Assembly (NCBI RefSeq): GCF_964204645.1
Contig: NC_134029.1
Coordinates: 5,270,001 to 5,334,000 of the forward strand
Source: Tubulanus polymorphus
Lineage: Eukaryota > Animalia > Nemertea
Direction of reading: 5' to 3'
DNA: 64,000 nt
How positions within the stretch are numbered: position 1 is the stretch's first letter; every line of letters begins with the position of its first letter. This document shows, in pieces, positions 9,191 through 18,883 of this stretch. A program made the translations under genes and the position numbers. The notes under the pieces were generated by a model. The model saw only the letters and a list, made by a program, of their open reading frames with translations, was not told the DNA's origin and made no database searches.

Positions 9191-12100
9191 TTAAGGTTGG
9201 ACTGTCACTAGGATTGATCTTCTTATTTCATCGCAATCATCCTCGGCTGCATTCAGTTGTTCATCATTCGTCTCTACGCCATACGTTGGACAGAACGGAA
9301 CATACCGTGTCCATCTGTGCTTCCTTACTAAATTCATTCCGAATGGAAATTCATACGTTGACGAGTTTCCTTGATTGTCAATTTCAGTATCTCCTGTTTT
9401 GCTACTTTCATTACACCAATTATCTAAACCTCTTTCTGCGAGTGTACCTGGAATATAAAAAATTGAGGGCCAATAGCCTAAAAGGTAGAAACTTAAAAAG
9501 ACAAACGAAATATATGTTTCCTGGATCCAGTTCCACAGTCCTAGTAGATTATGCAGATTAAGGTTTAAATGCTACTTTTTCTAGTTCAGAATCTGGTGGA
9601 ACTGGAGGTCTTTGCGACAAATGGTAAACCTGGTATTGTGTTGTCTAAGAAAAATGCAAGAAATCCGCCGACAAACATCGATGTAGAAAGCAGAACAGTG
9701 AATATCTGATCAACTATTGGTGCACCTATAATTGATTCAATATCTTATATCATTATTCTGGCTTAACCATGGCTTAAATATACTGGTTAAATGGACAAAT
9801 ACATCTAATGAAACACAATGTTTAGATTTATGAAACAAAAATTTCCAAACAATGTCTATACTTTTACCAGTATTGATAGCACCAGGATGTGTGGTCAGCC
9901 AATGCGGTAGAGTTAATCCAGAAAATATGGAGAATCCGACGATGAAGATATTACGAGTTGAATTCATATCAACGTACTGTAGATTTGATAGCCCAACTGC
10001 TGTGATCATTCCTATAGTAAATACATTAAATATAATTATGTAAAGAAATGAATTTGTGAGGAGTGGTTGATCATAAGAACTAGGCTATAATGTGGAGTTT
10101 TTTTGTGATGTTTCATGTTTTATTGCGCGATCCTAGTCGAAGAACAATAGAGAACTTTCTCGATTACGCGAGGTCGTACCGAACATGATCAGAGACATCC
10201 CACCGATAACCGGATCTGGTATCGTCACAAACAGAGCACCGAATTTCCCCACAATACCAAAAATGAGTGACACCAATGCCCCTATCTGAACTACGCGTCG
10301 GCTTCCAACCTGGGAATGAAAAAGTTTGCCTCTCATATTCATTATCAAAGGAACGGCCACTTTTTGCCCGAGACAAAAGAAAAGCCTACACATTCAGTTA
10401 TTTTCAAGATTCATAAGCATCCATTTTGACAGAGGACATTTCGGGTGAGTTAGTTTCTATGGTAAAGTATTTGTTCGCAGTAGCAAGTAAATAAACCTTA
10501 GTTATTCCGATAGTGCTGATATTTTCGCTATAAGAAGTCATGGCATTTCCAGTGCCTAAAATTCCTGCTAAGAGACTAGCCACACCTTCTATTCCTATAC
10601 CTGAAACGAGACGAATATAGTATACTATAGGCCCCGTCCATACGCAACGTGGGCCAACTTTGGTTATCGGAGTTAATCGACTAAGCGAAACCGAATGTCA
10701 GTTAGTCGAAACTATATTCTGGAAATATTTCGGAAATAAAGCGCATTCGGTTATTAGTTCCGACCTCTGATCGACTAGATTCGAAAACCGAATTTGGCCC
10801 TTTCTGTCTGTGAGACAGTACAAAGGTTTACGTACCTCTATTTATTGCGTGTTTTGGCGGTGGAGGGGCGCCAGATAATCGCGCACACGCGTAATAGTCA
10901 CCAACGGATTCAACCATCGACGACAAGACTCCTGATACCATTCCAACTACTGCCGCTGTACTAAATGTAGGCATTCCCCACTGACCTATATGTAAAATAC
11001 AAAATTTTCCCGATGATCTTATTTTACATTTGGACGATAAGCCACGTCATCTTAAATTTGGAAATCTTAAAAATGTCAACAAACGGGGATAGAATAGCAT
11101 TGATATGATTTCTCGAATACCTGGAAACGGAACTCTGAACCAGGAAGATTGCGTAATCACCGATAATCTAGTATCAGTTCGTGCTCCATAGCCCCAGCTA
11201 TCAGGTTCATTTGGTAGTACATCAGTTATTGTCAAGACGAAGCATATCAACCAAATTATAAGGATCGACAATATCAACTGAAATAGGAATATCAGTAGCT
11301 TTTTTCACAATAACTCGCGGATGCATTTCTAAATGTATGAAAATCCGATTGAAGACCTGTACAAATAAAACTAACGAGTCCTTCTAAAAAAACTGAATAT
11401 GATTAACCAATCACCTGAGAAAAAAATGCACAGAGGCGCCTCCATCCAAAGAAAAGTATTTTGGGATTCAACCGTTTTAGTTCTCTGCGAGAAAATTTTG
11501 ATGGGAACAGTGTGCCTCCTGGTCGATATTTTCTCGAATATGTATTCATGTCAGAAAATCACGGGATGTTTATCTGATTATCGGAGGGAAATCGTTATCG
11601 CTTACCGGAAATTGCGTAAAAAGAGACCAACCGCTCGTTCTAGTGCAACCTTGACCTTTGATGTACTTGAGACAAGGTATCGATATGTTACGCATATATT
11701 GGGAGAATATCGTTATCAGAATAACCGTGCTACAAACAAAAATGACACAGAGCATCCATCCTAATGGAATCAAATCCAACTCATGAATAATTGTTTCTCT
11801 TAATTGTTGGACATGATAAAACCTTATTTCATCAAGAAAATCCACACTCAGGAGGATAAGATACCGTGGTAATGAAAAAACGGACACTTACGATATCGCA
11901 ATCCACCATTGTTTAGATGCCATTTCCGCCGCTGGTACAAACAATGAAAGTCCGACTAGACTTATGGTGGGAGCAATAACTATAGGGCCGATGAACCGCA
12001 GTATAAATCCCATTATTCCACTAAATCCGAACACGATTTGGATCATGGATGCACCGATTATTGCCCCTTGCACCTGAAATTTTAGAAACTTTATTATGAA

Positions 12101-13449
12101 GCAGCTCCTCAGCAGAATTACCGTGGAGTTAAATGAATCAAGAAATAAGTAGATTTGAAATTCTAAAATATATCAAAAAGTTGTCACCGTGGGCTTTTTG
12201 CCATTTCGAACATTCTTTTTCAAGTGCTAGAAATCCATAACTAAGTTTTAAACCAACGCCGTACTAACGTTTAAACTCTATAGAATCGTTACCTCACGAA
12301 TACGACTTTGCCAAACTTCGGTGGGAGAGATTAAAACGTGATCGGTTTCGTTTGCAGTCAAAAATGATTGGTTTGAAGCCATTAGCTTCTGAGTAGCCAT
12401 TAGATTACTGGACAAATTGGTCAGCGGACCATTTACTACAACAAATAGCAACATAAACAATGCGTTTATTTATATCGGTAATTATAGGTTTACGCCACAA
12501 TCCAAATGAATCGCACTATTTAGCGATGTTACGATTCAATCATACCATTAGCTTTTTATGAAGTGCGATTGCTGCTTACCGTTTTGAGAACCAGGACACT
12601 CCCATTTAGGTAAAGATAGAATAGCAAACGTCGGAATTATAAATGCGACTGAACAACCTTGTACGATTGGTAATCTGAAGAGGAAAACAATGTTTTGTGT
12701 GTTCTGCAGATTGTTTTGACTGATTCTATCCTTTTTCTTGTATTACGGGTATTCGAGTGGTTTGGACTCATATTGAGCCGACTTCACTGTCTTCAAGATC
12801 GTAGGTGTAGACGGTTTAGGTTAGAATAGGGCATATCAAGGTAAGTACTTTTGTTTGATTCTTTACTGTAGACTATATGCTTTTCTATTATTAGTTCAAA
12901 TACGGAACTAATGATGATACTAAATACTGATGTAGAGCATATCATATCGTCAGCAAATACCTCGTTCCAAATACTGTTTGAAGTAACGTTCCTATACCGA
13001 CCATGAAGAAAACAGTTCCAATAAGTTCACTTTTTGCCACCTCATCATTGCCCATACACAGAGGTTCTGCTAGTAACAACGGAATGTTAATCGTCCCACC
13101 AAACAGTGTTACATAATGCTGAAATTAATGCCAAATCAATGATGTAAATTTCTTCCTCAGTGTTTTTTTCCTTCTGACTCCATAACATAACCTGGCCAAT
13201 CTGACAGGCTTGTGAACTCATTTGTGGATTGAAATTGGCCATGGAATTTATAATTTGATTCTATTGCGAAATGTCAACCTATACAAATATGAGATGTACG
13301 GACATATCTATCGTTTCTTATATGAAAAGCTGGTTCCATTTAATTTAAAAAAAATACATGCTCACTTGGAATCCAAATATTAGTGATGTGTACCACGGTG
13401 GACATTCTTCTACTGTGTAATATAAATCCATCGTGTATGATTCAGCCAT
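9191..13449 (-). CDS. SLC23A: SLC23/NAT (NCS2) family nucleobase-ascorbate transporter; 13 exons
   Basis: Exons at about 13449-13366, 13118-12961, 12674-12580, 12435-12293, 12073-11892, 11729-11605, 11277-11121, 10985-10836, 10600-10497, 10309-10180, 10011-9868, 9725-9630 and 9447-9191 join in frame. Motifs: [92 protein letters not shown]. The start codon is uncertain. Confidence 0.95.
10651..10800. mobile_element. Small MITE-like element in an SLC23 intron
   Basis: Imperfect terminal inverted repeats GGGCCAACTTTGGTTATCGGA / TTCGAAAACCGAATTTGGCCC, with an internal inverted AACCGAATG/CATTCGGTT. Confidence 0.55.
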
Positions 13450-13654
13450 CGTTCAGAACTGGTTCCTCGGAGCGTCGCTCAGCTGTCACATCTACCATTA
13501 TATGTCGCCGGTAACACTCGTCATCGACATAGATTCATTCGACAGCTCTCATTCCCTCTCGTTCTCTCTCAATCCATTTCTCTCTTGCTGAATAGGAAAT
13601 ATAGTTCCAGCTGCGGTAAAAATAGTAATTTAGTAATTTCAATGAAATTATATG

Positions 13655-14372
13655 TACTGTGACTGTCCATTATTGTGACAACAGCTTACCGTTAATTACC
13701 ACAGTTATTCTCCGAATTACCCGAATAACATACAGGCACCGGTACCGGTATGGTTGTTTCGAAAACAACGACTGATCGAAATCCCTCCGAACTTTTTGTA
13801 TAATAGGTTTCCAACTATATATTTCGTACCAGTTGGATCTAAATCGCATCCGCAAACTCTTAATATTGTGAATACCAGTTCTTTTGTAAATACCAGTTCA
13901 AAAAGAAATAACCATTGAAATGGCAAATCTGTTCCTTTTTTTTATACATTGCGTAGACAGTCACGAAATCAGATACATTTCATCACCGCTAAACGGCTAT
14001 ATAATTTAATGGTCTTTTTCTTCAGGGAGGTCAAGAACTTGAAGATTTCCTCACATTTTTAGCGAAGATTAATTCTTTGGGTTATTAAAACCAAAAAAGG
14101 AAGCTGCTTGATTCGGATTGGTTTTCTATCCAAGAATTTATACTTTCTTGGTTAGATGATATGCCGTTAGTCTGGATTCGACATGGATTATCAGTTAATT
14201 GACCAGATGGCAGTCACGTTTAAAAATAGAATATAATATCATATTTGGGTTCCTTATTGCTTGAATGGATATCTTATTTGCAGAAAAGATCGGATTTTGT
14301 TGATAAGCTCAGGTCATAAATTCATACTCGGCCGTTGAGAATAAAGCAAGTTTATTGTTATTGCTAATAATG
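13655..14372 (+). pseudogene. Third PDIA3-like copy: only intron 10, exons 11-12 and the 3' flank remain
   Basis: Aligns to 6066-6831. The exon 11 homolog ([16 protein letters not shown]) has lost its donor site by deletion. The exon 12 homolog GGQELEDFLTFLAKINSLGY* is frameshifted. No upstream exons are present. Confidence 0.9.
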
Positions 14373-14619
14373 TGCTATCATTGCGTCATATCATTTAATG
14401 AAGTGCTGACTTGCAGTGTATAAATGTAGTTGGCTTCAATTGATATCAAAGTCATTTCATATTCAGTGGAATATTGACTCGCAATGCCGTGAGTTCGATC
14501 GATGATATCAGTGTCTCATAGTAGGGGTATATATCGAAATTAGGTGAGCCAAATATTACCGAGAATCCCACAATAAAGACGAAAAAAATAAGGTCCGAAT
14601 TCCATGAGCTAGTGTAGTT

Positions 14620-14663
14620 TACTCAACGTTTTGACTATAAACTAATAGTCATCTTCAGGAATA
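14620..14663 (-). ncRNA. Degenerate minimal type I hammerhead ribozyme motif (Penelope-like element relic)
   Basis: The minus strand reads UAUUC-CUGAAGA-U-GACUA-UUAGUUUA-UAGUC-AAAA-CGUU-GAGUA. Stem I is UAUUC/GAGUA, stem II is GACUA/UAGUC, and stem III is the palindromic AACGUU. The core GAAA has mutated to AAAA. Confidence 0.6.
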
Positions 14664-15265
14664 CTGAGATACAACAGAAATTGTGAAATATACGATCCAG
14701 AACAATAGAGACTAATTTATGTAATCAAGGTGATCCCAACTTCTCCATCTGGTGGAGAATTCCGACAGTGAACTATCGGGCAACAACTGATCATGATTCA
14801 TATTGGACCGGGATGAAATGGAAACTATCGTAGCTAAATCTAGAAGAAAATTCATAGCCTACATCGAGTCGATGAGTAGATTGGATTGTGATATTTTCAC
14901 ATTTTCAACGGCTTAACCTGAAAAAAATCTGAAACATAGTAACTTTCGTGAACAAGAAGCCTTAATCAGGTCCATTGAGCTACAATTTTTTTTAAAAAGT
15001 TACAATCTTAAATCGATTCATAATAGGCTCATAACGCGCCGGATGAGCATCAGGCCGAAACTGAAAACTTCCATCTTTTGCCCGGCCCAGTTGTTGCTGC
15101 AGAAATTGACAATCCTCCAGTCCTCAGTTGAGCTTGCAAATGCAGCAGCAGAGTGCTCTCTTGAATCTTCACAGGGACTACAGACTTTGTTGTTATAGCA
15201 TAGGCAGCAGAACCTTCAATATTTGAATATTTAGTTCCGCAGTGCGAGTCCGGACCCACGCCACC

Positions 15266-15478
15266 GACTGCGTCAAAATTTTGACAGTTAGGTGCTGCCG
15301 CTACATATAACATTGACGGCGAATATGTGAACAATATTCTTAATGTGGCATGTGGGTTGTAAGTTAGTTCACGCATTCGCCGTCAACCATATGTATAGGG
15401 GCAGCACTTGACGGTTAAAGTGGGCGTCTGATTAAGCGGGATGTCCGTAGTTTGAACCTAGTATCTTCTGACGCAGTT
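15266..15478. repeat. Imperfect long inverted repeat
   Basis: GTGCTGCCGCTACATATAACATTGACGGCGAATATGTGAAC (15292-15332) pairs with GTTCACGCATTCGCCGTCAACCATATGTATAGGGGCAGCAC (15367-15407). Outer arms are GACTGCGTCAAAA / TTCTGACGCAGTT. Confidence 0.7.
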
Positions 15479-17356
15479 TAGAGGATGTGCCGCGTTTGAA
15501 TCCAGTAATTACTGGCACTGATAGCGAGGTGCTGATACTGAATAGAGGATGGAATACAATAACTGCAGATATTCGTTCAGAGGAAGTTCGGATCGACTCT
15601 GCAGGCGGCGACGGAAAGCCGTGGCAATATTTACCTGCTGAGCTGAATTACGTTTTTTTTCTTTCTACGTCTATGTTTTTCACGAAATGGAAGTAAATTC
15701 ACCGCGGCAATATTAGAACCTGTGGAAAAATCGGCAATTGGCCGCGGCAATCAAAAATCGCTTCCAACGCGCCCGCAGAGACTCGAACTTGGGATGCGTG
15801 GTGCGAACCCACGGATTAATTAGGCTAAAAAGATTGATCTAGTATGCTTCGCCGCCCTGATGAGCGACTGCCTATCTGCAATGTACATCTTTGTTAAAAA
15901 TCGTGATCAGGCCTGGATGCCGATATAGCTACGATCCTAATACGATTGACTTTTCGGGGATCTATTAACATCTTTATCGCTTTTTATTGCTATTAAAACA
16001 GCAGATGCTTTGTGATGACAGCTATCGGGAGATAAATCTAGTCAGCAGCCATACATCAAGTCATTTTAAATTGCGCAGGGTGCAACAAGTTGGCCAAGTC
16101 AGCTAATTGCTGATCGCTGTACTTCATATTTATTCAAACCACAAATTTCTTTAATAAGTTCATAAATTGACCATCACTGACCACCACTGACCAATTCAAA
16201 CTTCTCGAACATGAGGACGATATACCGCGTTTAGTATCAGACTAAAGAGGATTCACCATTGTAAATTCATAAATCGACCACACTGACCAATTCAAATCTC
16301 TCGAATATGAGAAAGAGTCACCACAAGTGATAAAAGTCAATATTATTTATTCGAAGAAAACTCATGGCAGAAACAACGATGAAATAAACAAAGCAGGACC
16401 AAGCCCAAAGGGCTTCATTTGAATGAACCTTTGATTTTTGCTAAAAACTTCATGAAAGGTTTTAACGTGAATCATATATAGGACAATAGGACCTTAATTA
16501 AATCAATAGGACCTTAATTAAATCGCTATCACGTGAACCACTGAAAACTATGCAACGGTGAAAAAGTTGATATTAACTGAACTATTAACACTTGAAGAGT
16601 AGGATGATGAACATGCAAGTTCTATAAGTTCTAACATTTGGGTTCTATCTAATAAACAGCCCCACCATGGGACGTATACTAGGGCAATTTACTAATTAAC
16701 GCTGTTCATATATTCCTCATCTATCTGGTTCTTCGTGTTCCGTATGAGGGCGTGTAGAGGGCAGCATTTCCTGACCGACTTTTTTCTGACATCCTCTGCA
16801 CATGACCGGCGAAGGAGCCGACGTTTTCGGACATTAGTTTTGTTCCATAGAACGTTGAAAATCGACAGATAAATCGGCCCTGAATAATAGAACGGGTAGA
16901 CGCTGAAAAATAGAACGGATTAATAAACACGGAACAGCACTGGACATTACGGAGACGGACAGTAACACATAGGACATAAAGACGTCGTTCTTAATATGGA
17001 AAGAACCAGCTAGTAGAGCGCAGCGAGGATGATAGCCAGGATGATCGCCGGGATGAACGCCATATTCGAAATCATGTCCGCACGGTGTGAAGATCAAGAG
17101 ATGGATGACTGGCTTACTGATTCTACTCACTGTCGACTGGTGGCGCATTTCAATATTGACCAATCGGCAGCCGCGCTGATTGTCTCTACTGTTGAATAGG
17201 GTTACTCTGAAGTTTGTAGATCGCTCTCTGTTTACACACATGGGGTGATCATGACGTCACCTCTGTATACATCCAGCATATAGACCGGACACACGGGTAT
17301 CATTGAAATATTGATCGATAGAAATATCTCTGAACATTTCGAATTGACGCGACGTC

Positions 17357-17954
17357 CAGGGGCGGATACAGGGGGGTGCACGAGGTGGCTAGCCACCCCC
17401 CCCCCCCAAAAAAAAGTTTTGAACACCTATATTTTCTTGATTCATGCGTGAGAATGGCCCTGAACGCGTCTCTGTTCAAATTATTTTTCAAAATTCTCTG
17501 GTCTGGAACCCAGACAGTAGCCTAGTCGTATGGGCCCATGGGTCAACTTTAAACAATGGAAATTCGCGAAAATTCGCATTCGTTGGGCATTGCATGCGAA
17601 TCGCGCGTGCAGTGAGAACAGGGCCTTCGGTGTGGGGATTGCTCCGCCCGCTGATACGCCACTAAGTAATTGTCCGTATTTTGATGTGTACATTATACTA
17701 GTAATATATGGTTTAATATTGTCTCACTGTGTAATTGTGGGTTTGAGAATGGCCCAGAACGAGTGTTACCTTATTTTTCTGGCCGCCCAAATTTTTTTTT
17801 CATTTGCCACCGAGGGGAGTTTTAGAATGCTTCTGAGAGCCTCTGAGCACTTCATTTTTCAAAAAATATTTACGAGCGGGGGCCCATCCCCCGCTCGTAC
17901 ATTACTAAACCTACAACTGCCACCCTCCTTTATAAAATCCTGTATCCGCCCCTG
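17357..17954. mobile_element. Non-autonomous DNA transposon (hAT-like termini) with a 5-bp target-site duplication
   Basis: TIR CAGGGGCGGATACAGG ... CCTGTATCCGCCCCTG, flanked on both sides by ACGTC (17352-17356, 17955-17959). 598 bp, no transposase ORF. Confidence 0.85.
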
Positions 17955-17995
17955 ACGTCACCTTAATACAACCGGCGTATGGAAGACTTTGAATG

Positions 17996-18626
17996 AAAAT
18001 TAGTAGCAAACAATTTGAATCCCCACCTGTTTTGATTGAAGTTTACAAATTACAATAGCCTAGTGACGTGCCGCTGCGGAGAAACAGCCATCGATTTTTT
18101 TAGCCACGATTCAAAACAAACAACAAAGAGCGAGCTTTATTTTTTGGAACATACAGATAACTTAAAACTCACTGAATGACACCACACAGTACTACTGGCA
18201 GTGGTATCGTCATAAAAAGAAGTATGCTTAATACTTGGGCATGCGGTGGGTTTGCTATAAGGGACACTCAAAACAAATCAAACGAAATCTATCAATCAAA
18301 AAATAACGTCAAAATTAATAGCAAACAATTTGAATCCCCACCTGTTTTGATTGAAGTTTACAAATTACAATAGTGACGTGCCGCTGCGGAGAAACAGCCA
18401 TCGATTTTTTTTTTTAGCCACGATTCAAAACAAACAACAAAGAGCGAGCTTTATTTTTTTTTAACATACAGATAACTTAAAACTCACTGAATGACACCAC
18501 ACAGTACTACTGGCAGTGGTATCGTCATAAAAAGAAGTATGCTTAATACTTGGGCATGCGGTGGGTTTGCTATAAGGGACACTCAAAACAAATCAAACGA
18601 AATCTATCAATCAAAAAATAACGTCA
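17996..18626. repeat. Tandem duplication, 2 x about 315 bp, upstream of PDIA3
   Basis: Units 17996-18310 and 18311-18626 are near-identical. They account for the twin ORFs at 18176 and 18491. Confidence 0.95.
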
Positions 18627-18780
18627 ATCCCTATTCTAAGATTCCAAAAAACATGTTAACATCGGACTTATGTTGAACGAGCCCCCTGGCAAGTTACTGT
18701 AATCAAATCAGGTTCGAGCCCCTAAGTTGGTGATTTTCTGAACGTTTTCGGTAGGTAGTTAGTTGGATAATGGTTTTTAG

Positions 18781-18814
18781 CCAATCAGAGCCGGCCAGCG
18801 CTTATTCCACGTTA
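18781..18814 (+). promoter_or_regulatory. CCAAT box plus CCACG(T) motif in the PDIA3 proximal promoter (ER-stress-element-like, non-canonical spacing)
   Basis: AGCCAATCAG at 18779-18788 and ATTCCACGT at 18804-18812, 70-100 bp upstream of the ATG. ATTCCACGT and CCAAT also precede the paralog (2907-2915, 2939-2943). The spacer is 21 nt, not the 9 nt of a canonical ERSE. Confidence 0.45.
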
Positions 18815-18883
18815 TAGGGGTAATACACAGTTCCTGCTGACCGGCATCTCTCAACTCATTTGCCCATTCAGGTCGTTGCCGAA

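Noticed and set aside
16721-17241. Hydrophobic MISNMAFIPAIILAIILAALY* and FSTFY, reminiscent of TMEM8/PGAP6
   Set aside because: The segments are far apart and interrupted by stops, with no splice sites joining them. The resemblance is too short to support a call.
18176-18676. Two near-identical small ORFs MTPHSTTGSG...
   Set aside because: They are a by-product of the 315-bp tandem duplication and show no coding features.
18781-18811. Canonical ERSE (CCAAT-N9-CCACG)
   Set aside because: The spacer is 21 nt, so it is reported only as ERSE-like.
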